DNA of 64,000 nt from the NCBI GenBank assembly GCA_951406725.2, contig OX597832.1, positions 1,550,001 to 1,614,000 of the forward strand, written 5' to 3'. The stretch comes from Octopus vulgaris. Lineage: Eukaryota. The position numbers were made by a program, and so were the translations under genes. Position 1 is the first letter of the stretch. Every line of letters begins with the position of its first letter. The notes under the pieces were generated by a model. That model had not been told where the DNA came from. It ran no database searches and saw only the letters and a list, made by a program, of their open reading frames with translations. Shown here piece after piece: positions 1-11,779 of the stretch.

Positions 1-24
1 TCTTTGGATCTTTCCTTTTCCTAT

Positions 25-59
25 GTTTCTGACGAAGAGCTCCGCTCTAAACGTTAAAC
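25..59 (+). ncRNA. Minimal type I hammerhead ribozyme, probably inactivated (G12->U)
   Basis: GTTT-CTGACGA-A-GAGC tcc GCTC-(T)AAAC-GTT-AAAC. Stem I GTTT/AAAC, stem II GAGC/GCTC, palindromic stem III AACGTT. The GAAA box reads TAAA. Confidence 0.6.
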
Positions 60-139
60 CTTCCTTCTTTCCTTCTTTCCTGAGCGTCCAATAATACCAT
101 ACTTGTTCCACGTCCTCGCGTTGTTGTGTTTTCTCTTAT

Positions 140-303
140 AGTAGGAGTGGCTGTGTGGTACGTACCTTGCTTACCAACCATATGGTTCCGGATTCAGTTC
201 CAGTGCGGGGCACCTTGGCCAAGTGTCTTCTACTATAGCCTCGGGCCGACCAAAGCCTTGTGAGTGAATTTGCTAGACGGAAACTGAAAGAAGCTTGTCG
301 TAC

Positions 304-371
<68 letters not shown>

Positions 372-590
372 GTACGTGTGTGTATATGTTTGTGCGTTTG
401 TGTTTGTACCCCCAACATCACTTGTACCCCCAACATCACTTGACAACCGATGCTGGTGTGTTTACGTCCTCATAACTTAGCGGTTCGGCAAAATAAGTAC
501 TAGGCTTAAAAAGAATAAGTCCTGGGGTCGATTTGCTCAACCAAAGGCGGTGTCCTACCATGGCTACATTCAAATGTCTGAAACAAAAAA
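140..590 (+). mobile_element. tRNA-derived SINE family A (CORE-like domain, internal TA/TG microsatellite)
   Basis: A-box-like GTGGCTGTGTGGTA, B-box-like GGATTCAGTTCC, CACCTTGGCCAAGTGTCTTC. Colinear with the copy at 1283-1692. Carries an 18-bp tandem duplication at about 405-442. Confidence 0.85.
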
Positions 591-591
591 A

Positions 592-653
<62 letters not shown>

Positions 654-1087
654 TAGATATACACATACATAAAAATATAAACAACACAAGTAACACGAGG
701 AGGAGATAGATAGCCGACAACTGATGAAGGGTCGTTTCTCTGTGTTTACATGGCCCGTTTTCCATTTTTTCTCCAATTGTGTACGTATTTAATTCCTTCA
801 CCCACTTATTTCATGCTGTCCAGGTAAATCTAGCTGAAGAAGACAAATAAAATTTACGATAACAAACGTATTGGAAGAGTCCCAAACCTAGGTACTGGTT
901 TATCCGATTCTGGGTTGTCCATTTATCTAATGTTCTTCCTAGAAGTAAGACAAAATTTTTTTGTTTGCTGTCCGCACACATCTTAGCCAGTATATATACA
1001 GTGGAGCTTTAATATAGCGTCGTAAATGTATCGACTGTTATTTCCAATAAACACTGGAGCCATGTTGTACCACTACTGTCTCTCTCA

Positions 1088-1258
<171 letters not shown>

Positions 1259-1282
1259 CATATATATATTATTCATTGCATA

Positions 1283-1692
1283 TAGGCGGAGTGGGTGTGT
1301 GGTAAGTAGCTTGTTTACCAACCACATGTTTCCGGGTTCAGTACCACTGTGTGGCACCTTGGGCAAGTGTCTTCTACTATAGCCTCGGGCCGACCAAAGC
1401 CTTGTGAGTGGATTTGGTAGACGGAAACTGAAAGAAGCACGTCGTATATATGTGTATATATATATATATATGCGTGTGTGTGTTTGTGTGTCTGTGTTTG
1501 CCCCTAGCATTGCTTGACAACCGATGCTGGTGTGTTTATGTCCCTGTTATCTAGCGGTTCGACAAAAGAGACCGATAGAATAAGTACTGGTCTTACAAAA
1601 GAATAAGTCCCGGGGTCGAGTTGCTCGATTAAAGGCGGTGCTCCAGCATGGCCGCAGTCAAATGACTGAAACAAGTAAAAGAGTAAAAGAGT
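1283..1692 (+). mobile_element. SINE family A, full length
   Basis: GGGTTCAGTACC B-box, CACCTTGGGCAAGT, central (TA)n/(TG)n, (GAGTAAAA)n-type tail. Confidence 0.9.
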
Positions 1693-1714
1693 ATATATAC
1701 ACACACACACACAT

Positions 1715-1771
<57 letters not shown>

Positions 1772-1779
<8 letters not shown>

Positions 1780-1864
1780 TAAATGAAAGAATGGAGTCGA
1801 ACGAAGATGTTAACAAAATTCCTTAACATCTTCGTTCGACTCCATTCTTTCATTTATTCATATA
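1772..1864. repeat. Perfect palindrome, 42-bp arms with a 9-nt loop
   Basis: TATATGAATAAATGAAAGAATGGAGTCGAACGAAGATGTTAA caaaattcc followed by its exact reverse complement, next to (TA)n. Confidence 0.95.
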
Positions 1865-2236
1865 CAACACACACATTTCTGCACATGAACCCGGAGTTTC
1901 TACTCTTGACAGGTCGCTTCAACTGTGTTTCTGACGTGAATTTGCTACCCAGGTTTCGGTTAAACGAATTTTCCATGCTGACGATAAACATAGGATAATT
2001 CATTCACCTACTTATATATATATATAAACAAGAAGGGTAGTAATATTATTTACTACCAGGTACCCAGCACAAAAGACGAATTAGTCATAAGACAAAATAT
2101 TATTCATATAGAAAAATATTATTCATGTAGTAATACAATTAAGGGCCCCTAAATTAGGATGCCGAGTGCTGGGAACACAAAAAGGGGATGAATTTATCGA
2201 GAGTGAAAATCAAAAACGTTTACCGATAACTTTAAC

Positions 2237-2314
2237 AACTCGAACCGATCAGTTTCTGCTTCTTTCTAGCAAAACACAAAATATGTTTGCTAAGGCTGGC
2301 TTCATCAGCGAGTC
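2237..2314 (-). ncRNA. Type I hammerhead ribozyme in a short non-coding repeat (about 2020-2375) flanked by (TA)n
   Basis: Minus strand: GACTCG-CTGATGA-AGC...TAGCAAA/TTTGCTA hairpin...GCA-GAAAC-TGATCG-GTT-CGAGTT. Stem I ACTCG/CGAGT, cleavage triplet GUU. Confidence 0.75.
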
Positions 2315-2392
2315 GCCTAAATTGAATCGAGGTCTGCAGCGATGTGGGAGCATGTGTTGATCTCGACTACTAGCAGATATATATATATATAT

Positions 2393-2446
<54 letters not shown>

Positions 2447-2525
2447 GAGAGAGAGAGAGAAACGTATATACATGCATATGTATTAATTTATCTCTATCTC
2501 TCTCTCTATATATATATATATGTGC

Positions 2526-2564
<39 letters not shown>

Positions 2565-2567
<3 letters not shown>

Positions 2568-2895
2568 TACTTCCCAACCACATGCTTTCGGGTTCAGTCC
2601 CACTACGTGGCACCATATGTCTTCAACTATAACCTCTGGTCGACTTTGTGAGTGGATTTGGTAGGCAGAAACTGAAAGAAGCCCATCGTATATATTTATG
2701 TGTCTTTTTGTCTTTGTCCTCCCGTCATCGTCTGACAACCGATGTTGGTTTGTTTATGTCCCCGCGGTTCGATAAAAGTCACCAATAGAATAAGTACTAG
2801 GCTTACAAAAAATAAATCCTGGTGTCAATTCTTCGACTAAAACCCTTGGCCGTAGTCAAATGACCGAAACAAGTAGAGTAAAAGAATAAAAGAAT
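2565..2895 (+). mobile_element. SINE family A, 5'-eroded
   Basis: GGGTTCAGTCCCACT...GTGAGTGGATTTGGTAG...GATAAAAG...AATAAGTACTAGG...GAGTAAAAG tail. Confidence 0.8.
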
Positions 2896-3129
2896 ATGAG
2901 TATATACATTGTGGTGTCTAAATGTAAGTATGTATGTATGTATGTATGTATGTATGTATTGTATGCATGTGTATACTTATATGCACATACAAAACCATGT
3001 GTGTGGATTTCTGAGACACAAAATGAAAGAAGGCTATATCTATACTTATACACACACATACAAGCACACACGCTTGCATACGCACACACATATCTGTGTG
3101 TGTGTGTGTATGTGTGTGTGTGAGTGCGT

Positions 3130-3410
3130 GTGTGTTGCTGTGTCGTAAGAAACTTGCTTTTCAACCCTATGATTCTGAGTTCAGTCCCCTTAGGCAGCTG
3201 TTTTGTACAACAGCTTTAAACCGACCAGAGAGTTGTGAGTGGATTCGGAGCAGCGCCTTTAGTCGAACAAATCGACCCCAGGATTTATCCTTTGTAAGCT
3301 TAGTACTTATTCTATCGGTCAATTTTGCCGAACCGCTAAATTACGGGTATGTAAACAGATCAATATCGGTTGTCAAGCGATGGTGGAGTGGCAAATACAC
3401 AAACACAAAC
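3130..3410. mobile_element. Degenerate SINE A pieces: a + strand head followed by a - strand 3' part
   Basis: GAGTTCAGTCCC...GTGAGTGGATT, then TAGTACTTATTCTATCGGTC...GAACCGCTAA (reverse complement of the SINE A 3' half). Confidence 0.65.
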
Positions 3411-3521
3411 ACACACATATACATACATACATATATATACACATACATACATACATACATATATATATAGCAATAATAAATCTCTGGACGAGATATATAT
3501 ATATATGTATATATATGTATA

Positions 3522-3559
<38 letters not shown>

Positions 3560-3570
3560 TGGTGAGTACT

Positions 3571-3607
<37 letters not shown>

Positions 3608-3858
3608 CATATATGGCTACAGGACGGCACCAACAGTAAACAACATGAAGTTAAATACATAAACAGCGAGAGAAAGAAAAAGAAAAAATGACAAATAGTA
3701 TAAAGAACGCAATATGAGTCTTCGAAGACAGTTTCTTCCATAACTACCAAAATAAAATTTTGGACTTATGGAGGGTCAAAGTTGGGAACAAAAACAGGAC
3801 AGTGGAGACATACAAGGAAACCGAACGAAAACAAACATGGAGGGTCGTTAGACCAGAA

Positions 3859-3927
<69 letters not shown>

Positions 3928-3929
<2 letters not shown>

Positions 3930-4066
3930 ATTTCCGTCTACCAAATCCATTCACAAGGTTTTGGTCAGCCCGAAGCTATAGTAGAAGACACTTGCCCAAG
4001 GAGTCACGCAGTGGGACTGAACCCGGAGCCATGTGGTTGGTAAGCAAGCTACTTACCACACAGCTA
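3928..4066 (-). mobile_element. SINE family A, 5' half
   Basis: Reverse complement of the tRNA head and CCTTGGGCAAGTGTCTTC. Confidence 0.85.
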
Positions 4067-4129
4067 TTCTTTATATATGTATGGAGAAAAACAACTTGTT
4101 TTCAATCTCTCAGCGAGAAACATTCAGTA

Positions 4130-4937
4130 AAAGTACCGAATAGTAAAGTTTATTTGCCAACAGAATGTGGCCTTCCTTTAAAGGACGTTGTTACTGTTGC
4201 TTAAGCACCAGGGAAACACTATATGGACACAGACAGTGTTGATAGCCAGCTGGAAAAGATGTTTTCCTGGGGTTTAAACAACAGTAACATCGTCTCTTAT
4301 AGGACCGCCACATTCTGTTGGCAAATACACTTTACTATATGGCGGTTGTCTACTCCTTATACAGAGTTTGACCACCTCCTGTACCTACACCTTAGGACCA
4401 TCATGGCGTCCGATGTGGCTTTTTAAACCAGACAATGTTCTGAAAAGACACCCACATAGATTGCACCTCTGATTTGAACAACTAAGACTTGCAGATAAGT
4501 TCTGGTCTTTGTGGATCTTAACATTTCTTTTAAAGCCTCCGTTGGATTTGCAAACCTTCTGGCATACACTGCATTCGAAGGTGTGAAACACACATATAGG
4601 CAGAATATTTGGTGGAGGTTCGTCTTCCATGCGTTCGCAGATGAGTTTTGAGGCCAGCAAAAGATAGGCATGGTCTGTCACAGACTGTGCATACGAAAAG
4701 GTCATTGTCATTTCTCTTCTCGATCGTTACATTCTTCCTTAGATCTCTTTTGAGTCCTACATGCATTATCCTGGCCTCTTCAAATGCTTATACTCCACTC
4801 CACACCTTTGTTCGCCATCCAACTCGATCCAAAGCAAGGGTTTCTATCTCTTTTGGAACTATTCCAAGTGACTTCATAGTAGTCCTTATGCCATCCTTAA
4901 ACCTTTTATTAGGTATACGCCGATAGCTTTTCCCTTG
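4130..4937 (-). mobile_element. 3' end of an RTE-clade LINE with three C-terminal C2H2 zinc fingers
   Basis: KRFKDGIRTTMK..ETLALDRVGWR (RTE C-terminus), then CTVCDRPCLSFAGLKTHLRTH, CSVCQKVCKSNGGFKRNVKIH and CNLCGCLFRTLSGLKSHIGRH, with frameshifts. Confidence 0.8.
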
Positions 4938-4975
4938 TGTGTGTGTGTATGCATGTATGTGTGTGTATGTGTGTG

Positions 4976-5009
<34 letters not shown>

Positions 5010-5400
5010 ATATATGTATATGTGTAACCGATGTATGACTGAGTTGCTAAGAAATTCGCTTCACAACTACAAGGTTCTGTTTTGTATCAAATTGTATGGC
5101 AACTTTTGATTGAGGTGTACCTTGTGAGAGAACTTTGATACATGGAAAGTGCTTAACAAACATCTCGTGGGGATTGCACCGGTAATTCAAAAGACAGTAC
5201 ACCACCATCAACACCATATATGTATGTGTGTCGGTGGATGTGTGAGTGCGTGTGTATATGTGCGTGTCGGTGTGTTTGTGTATGCGTGTATCTGTATATA
5301 TATATATATATATATATATTTACACATTAATACATACATATACACACACATATATATATTAGATAGATAGATAGATATAGATATATATATATGTATCTAC

Positions 5401-5435
<35 letters not shown>

Positions 5436-5460
5436 CATATATATATATATGTATATATGT

Positions 5461-6132
5461 TATTTTCAAGTCGTGTCACCCGAAGACAGTTTTTATCGTG
5501 AGGAGAAATAATATGAGTGATATATGGCTTAGTTATAATTGTGACTTGTTCATAATTATAAACGTTTTTCTTTATATTTTATGATAACATGTTTGGCCAT
5601 TGATATATTCATTAATAATCGTAATTATTTATCCTCCGTAATGTTTTACATGACACTCTACTTATTTAAATTTTCCTAACTCCGGTGATTTTGCCGTGGT
5701 TCGAGATAACCGGTCTTTTCACATAAACGCTGTGCATGACATTTTAATTCAAAACTTGATTGTGTAGATAGAGGTGAAAACATTTCTATTGCCGGTCGGG
5801 ATTCATGCTAGTTTCAATCTTGTTTTGATTTCTATCTGTAGGAATATTTTCCCTGACGAGGCGAATGGGTCCCTTAAGAGGTACCTAACGCCGAAATTGC
5901 AATAGGGAATTAGCCAGTTAGTTTCAAGTAGTGGATTCTATTTGCCATGTCGCCCGAAGGCAGTTTTTATCGCGAGGAGAAATAATATGAGTGATATAAT
6001 GACTTTATAGCAGTTTTGGCTGCTATTTTTAACATGTAAGGGTTTTTTAACTCTCATAGTTACCTCTGACAAGAAAGGAGGTTATGTTTTCATTATAATT
6101 GTGACTTTTTCATAATTAAAAACGTTTCTCTT
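5461..6132 (+). mobile_element. Non-coding hammerhead-bearing element with terminal direct repeats (PLE pLTR or retrozyme-like)
   Basis: 5474-5524 is repeated at 5948-5998 and 5533-5572 at 6093-6132. Flanked by TA/TACA microsatellites; hammerhead inside. Confidence 0.65.
5848..5909 (+). ncRNA. Type I hammerhead ribozyme, intact core
   Basis: TTTCC-CTGACGA-GGCG...CGCC-GAAA-TTGCA-ATA-GGGAA. Palindromic stem III ATTGCAAT, triplet AUA. Confidence 0.85.
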
Positions 6133-6147
6133 GAATACATACATACA

Positions 6148-6545
<398 letters not shown>

Positions 6546-6640
6546 AATATATGACTGAACAAGTAAAAGAGTAAAAGAGAGTAAAGAGTATACATATATA
6601 CATGCGTATATATATATGTATGTATATATATATATATAAT

Positions 6641-6706
<66 letters not shown>

Positions 6707-6811
6707 TATATATATATATACGCATATATATATATATATATATATGTAGGTCCCGGGTTGATTCGGGGTTAACCACAGTAAATAAGGTACTCAATACATA
6801 GCAGAGTAAAA

Positions 6812-6948
6812 TTAATTTATTATATAGAAGGAGCTTCTACAGGACTAGAACTGTTTCATTCAAGAGAAATCATCAGGAAGCTCCTGATGATTTCTCTTGA
6901 ATGAAACAGTTCTAGTCGTGTAGAAGCTCCTTCTATATAATAAATTAA
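6812..6948. repeat. Near-perfect palindrome, 67-bp arms, 3-nt loop, 1 mismatch
   Basis: 6812-6878 is the reverse complement of 6882-6948. Confidence 0.95.
6830..6884 (-). ncRNA. Type I hammerhead ribozyme, intact core, inside a fold-back
   Basis: Minus strand: GGAGCTTC-CTGATGA-T TTC tctt GAA T-GAAACAG ttctagtc CT-GTA-GAAGCTCC. 8-bp stem I, stem III ACAG/CTGT, triplet GUA. Confidence 0.85.
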
Positions 6949-6950
6949 AA

Positions 6951-7005
<55 letters not shown>

Positions 7006-7168
7006 ACGAAAGATTTCCGGACAATGGGCATGAGTTAAAATAATAAAATAAGAACAGTAATAACGAGAGAAGACAAAATATATAGTGCGTGTGTTTATTT
7101 GGCAAAACAAATATGACTATCCCGATATGTGTGTGTGTGTGTGTGTAAATATGTATATATATATATAT

Positions 7169-7343
7169 ATATTCTATTGTGTCTGGGGAGAGTCATTTTT
7201 TTTTGTGCCTTATAATGTAACTCACTCACCGGTAATGTGTTACATTATAAGGCACAAAAAGAAAATGACTCTCCCCAGACACAACAGAATATGGTTCAAC
7301 ACACGAACTCATATAAAGAATCTTGCAAACCAAATCCAAAAAC

Positions 7344-7345
<2 letters not shown>
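7169..7345. repeat. Fold-back fragment of the repeat family also at 49105-50385
   Basis: Arms of about 56 bp (7169-7224 and 7236-7292) containing GTGTCTGGGGAGAGTCATT..GTGCCTTATAAT. The same sequence occurs at 49105-49225 and 50330-50385. Confidence 0.85.
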
Positions 7346-7375
<30 letters not shown>

Positions 7376-9799
7376 AACACACATACATACACATACATAA
7401 ATATACACACAAAAACACATACATACACATACATACAGTATATACATGTGGGTGTGTTTGTGTGTGTATGTGTGTGTGTATATCTACATACATACTTAGA
7501 TAAGTTTCGGCCGGTCATGACTAACTCAATAGCACTAAATCATTTGATGTTTCTTTCATATAACAGTTATATTTTGGGAACGACTTTCGATTCGAGTAAA
7601 GATATATTTGGGTGTATGTGGTTTATCCGGAATTTGTTAGGGGATTCTGGTGCGTATTTGCATGTGTGTATGTGTGTGTGTGTGTGTGCTAGTGTAACAT
7701 ATATACGTATACATAAAGGTAATGTGATTGTTATATACATATATGCATATACATACGCGCGTTTGTGTGTAGACATATACATACACAAACACATAAATAC
7801 TTATATACGCACACGCCCGTGCACACACACACACTGTCTGTCATCCCCCCTCTCTCACACACACAGATGCACATACACCCCACTGTCTTTCACAAATTCA
7901 CAAACATCACAACATACACACACATACGTATGTGTGCGTGCGTACTTGTGTGTGTGTTTGTGTGTGTATGTGTGTGTGTGAGCGCGCGTGCGTATGTGTG
8001 TGTATGTGTGTATGCATTTACAATTATATTTCCAAAACAAAAAAAGAAAACAAACAATTCAATATGCACATAGCCAATTTGTTCGTGAGTTGTGAGAAGA
8101 AAATATTGTCTGCTGCAGAGGAAACTTACTTGTGATAGATATTATTCTCTCTACTTCAATCGCCACAGCAAGGAACTGCAATACTACCAGAAAAGATTCA
8201 TAGGAAACACCTAACTGGATCTCTGGATATTACAGCGATGATGTCTAACTTTGTTTATGTATATTTATAGAAGGAATATTTCAGTTGCCCGCCCATTTAT
8301 TTTAGATATGTTGTCTCGCTAAGAACTCCGCCCTCATAAGAACTTTCAATACGTCAGCAGCTGCGTAACACCAACAGCACATGACAGTTAATAACAAAAT
8401 TGTTTTTTAACAGTAGATAGATTTTGCCACTACTTTGTCAGGTGTCGTCTCCTGCTGCTGCTATTACTGCTACTCTTATTCTGAAGTTTAGCTATGTAGG
8501 AGGCCGACAGAGCAGATCTTTATTTGTCACAGACCCCTTCCAGTTCCATTTTCCTCTTTTCACGTACACCTGCTGCTATGTTTCCTCTGTCTCTGTCTGT
8601 CTGTCTTTCTCTCTCTCTCTCTTGCCCGCTCTCCTCCTCCTCTCTCTCTCCTGTCCATCTGTACGTGTGTTAGTGTGTGTTTGTGTATATTTGTGTGTAT
8701 GTGTGTATGTGTGTATGCGTATCTTCGTGTGTCAGTGTTTATTTGCGCGCGTGTGTGTGTGTGTGCGTGTGTGAGTGCATTTAGCTGTTTGTTTGTGTGT
8801 GTGTGCGCGTTTGTGTGTGTGTGTGTAGTTCAGGTTAGCCCTGATCAAACACATAGTCAGCCGAATGACGTGACCCAACCTACTAGATACACTTTCCTAG
8901 TTATATCCTTTTTCGTTCTAACTGAGGGTCATAGCTATGCGCATGAACACACAGAGATAAACTGCGATATGGGATGCGGCTTAGTGACTGTGTCGATAGA
9001 GTACTCTCTCTCCACTGTTCGGTCTATTTCTGTACGCCCTGTACACCCTGCCCTCCCAAGGAAGGGAGAGAGCAGTGTGTTCTCGATCAGAGCTCAAATG
9101 TTGCTATTCATCACCACGTTTTATTGGTAACGTGTGCATCCTAGCATAGTATTGACGGCTGTTGACGTTGCCACTACTTCTGTATGTGTGTATTCCTCAT
9201 ACTTGTCTAAGTTCAGTTGGTGAGGCAGTGATTCTAGGAAGTTGCAAGAATACTCTACGATTGATGTATGTATGTGGATATTTGGAGGTGGTTTTTCATG
9301 CAATGACAAGGACTGTGAGATTTCCTGCTTGCTGCAGCAACGAATTAGGTCCTTCGCATGTACAACCGGGCTTTCATGATTCGTATGTTTATTTCGTTGT
9401 GTAGGTGTTCAGTGGGTGTGGTCAATGTACAACTTGTTATGATGCGTTACACGCTGGCTTCTTTTTTTTGTTTTTAGTACGCTACTATAACAAAATTTTT
9501 TCTGTTGATCTCGGTATGTGTGTTTGTACGTCGTTATGCTTTATATGCATTACGTGTTGTTAATATTGTAGAGGGATTGGATGTAACTCATAGTATTTTT
9601 GTGTTCTGTGTATGCATGTATGTGTGTGTATGTTTGTGTGTGTGTGTGTGTGTGTGTGTGAGTGTGTGTGTGTGTGTGTGCGTGCGTGCGTGCGTGTGTG
9701 TTATGTTTATGTTATTGAGTTTGAGAAGTGGTTGTATTCAATACTCTTTGGTGTTGCTGGTAAGAAAAGAGACAGAAGATTTGATAGGTGCCACTTGAA

Positions 9800-11030
9800 G
9801 CCTGTTCTTGTGGACCAATAATTCCAGTCTTCGAAGACTGCACTTCGAGGACCGAAGTGGAGGAGGGTTCCGTCTACATATGAAACTGCCTATATGCTTA
9901 GTGGGGTGTGGAAAGTTTGCATAGATATAATTTGGAAAATGCGTGTCTAGAGTGGGGACACATCTCTATTGTATTCTATTCAGGAAGTTGTAGGCTATAT
10001 ATGCTTTGGCTTGCCACTTTGAGAGCTTGTTCGCTAGTCAATGTTTCAATTAATTTAAGATGTTGTTTTTGTAAGCGTGGGAAGCAGGGAATGGAGTTGA
10101 TCCCGTTCCACCACAAAATTAGTATTTGTCATCAAAAACGGAACTGAGTGCATGACTTCCAGAAACTCTGGTCTCAGTTATAGTTACCACATCTATGTCA
10201 ATGGATCGGAGATTATTGTACTAGGGACCTTGTTTTGTGCTGGTGGGAGAAATTTTGCTTACCGTTTTTATTTTATGTTTCATCTACGTTCGTGGTGGGG
10301 ATATAAACATTTGCTCTTTGTTTTGGGGACTTTCTGGTGACTACTTGCCACTCTTAGAGTTTCCGGTTTATCTTTTCTTCATTTGAGAATGATTCAGAAG
10401 GGGAGTTGGAGACTGGTTGTTACGTATGTGTGCATTTGGGGTCTTGTTCTTGTTTTTCTACTGTTCTTGATGCTACTGGTGTAGAAGTTGTTGCAGTCGT
10501 TATGTTATAGCTTTGACGTTGGTAGTAAAAGAATTTCTTTCTTTTGCTTGAAGGGAGAACGTCTTCTGGTGGTCGGTGCTTCCACAAGGGTAACACCCAG
10601 CGCTCCTGCTTTCTATCATAGCTCTTACGAGGCCCTCATTTTCCAGATAAATAAGTGTGGAAATATATAGTAAGTTTTCTGGATTGAGCAACATCTGTAC
10701 CGTTGCTTCAGGTTAGATAAGATTTTGTGTGGGGTGATTCTTATAGTAACAGTCGCTCATTCTAAAAGTCATTCTAAAATAATGTTTATTTTAGGTATCG
10801 CATTACTTAGAGTCACCTTATTAACACTTTTCCCTAAACACGATGGCAGCAGTACATTTGTAGATATTTCTATTGTCTCTTCATCGTTGAGGAAGAATGT
10901 TGCTACCGTCTCATACTGGCTTCCACTTGTCATAGGAATTCCCACACGCCTTTCAAGCATTTCTCTGTTAATGTTGGTGATGGGTTGTCAACTCTTTTGT
11001 TTTCCTTGTTAATACATTTATAGATGATGG
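9800..11030 (-). mobile_element. Decayed LINE ORF1 (gag-like, zinc-knuckle remnant)
   Basis: Fragments VATFFLNDEETIE..LLPSCLGKSVNKVTLSN and VRAMIESRSAGCYPCGSTDHQK (CX2CX4H), resembling L1/Tx1 ORF1. Confidence 0.5.
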
Positions 11031-11458
11031 TTCTTATTCTCTCTCTCCCACTCTCTCTCCATCTCTCTCTCTCTCTCCCCATCTATCTATCTTTTTTTCT
11101 TTTTTTTCTTCCTAAGCAGACAAGATTTGGTCTGGCCTAAGTAAGCAATATCGGTGCTTCAGATTGAAGTTTGTGTTGTCTTCCACTTCTAAGACTCAAA
11201 ACACCAATCACTAATTAATAAAGCTATAACCGAAGACTGCTGGCAGAAAAAGGAGGCATGGATTGACCGGAAGGCTTTTCATTTTATTCTTCATAGATAG
11301 ATAGTCATATGGTAACTACGATAATAAGAAAATACACGAAATATTTCATGAGTAAATGACAAAGGCGTTTGCAGTTAGAAACAAAAGAGGGAATCGTAAG
11401 CATTAAGCCTATCCCCATTGCAAGTGAATCTTTTTTCTGTCTGGTATTAACGCTTTTC

Positions 11459-11495
<37 letters not shown>

Positions 11496-11779
11496 CATAT
11501 ATATATATACACACACACACATATATATATAAATCAGGTTCTCGAATGCTATTAGTCGCGCCTGTTTGCTACTGGTAACATGTAACCCAGTACAACCTGT
11601 TACATAGTGGGGTCGTCGGCGACTAAACTGGCAACCGAGCTTGCTTGGTGAGGAAGGTGGTTGTTGGACACCCTGCGGGACGAAAAATATAACCTGTCTT
11701 AAAGGGCAGAGGAACTCATGAGTAGTCAACGGCCTTCCAACTATATGTGTATGTGTATATACTTATTTGTAATGTGATG

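Noticed and set aside
140-215. tRNA genes at SINE heads
   Set aside because: Only A and B boxes are present, with no complete cloverleaf; each continues into a SINE body.
715-765. CTGATGA-AGGG...CCC as a hammerhead
   Set aside because: No GAAA, stem III or cleavage site in the right place; at most a half-motif.
7492-7520. Minus-strand GGCC-GAAAC-TTA-tc-TAA-GTA, a hammerhead 3' half
   Set aside because: No CUGANGA box upstream within the element.
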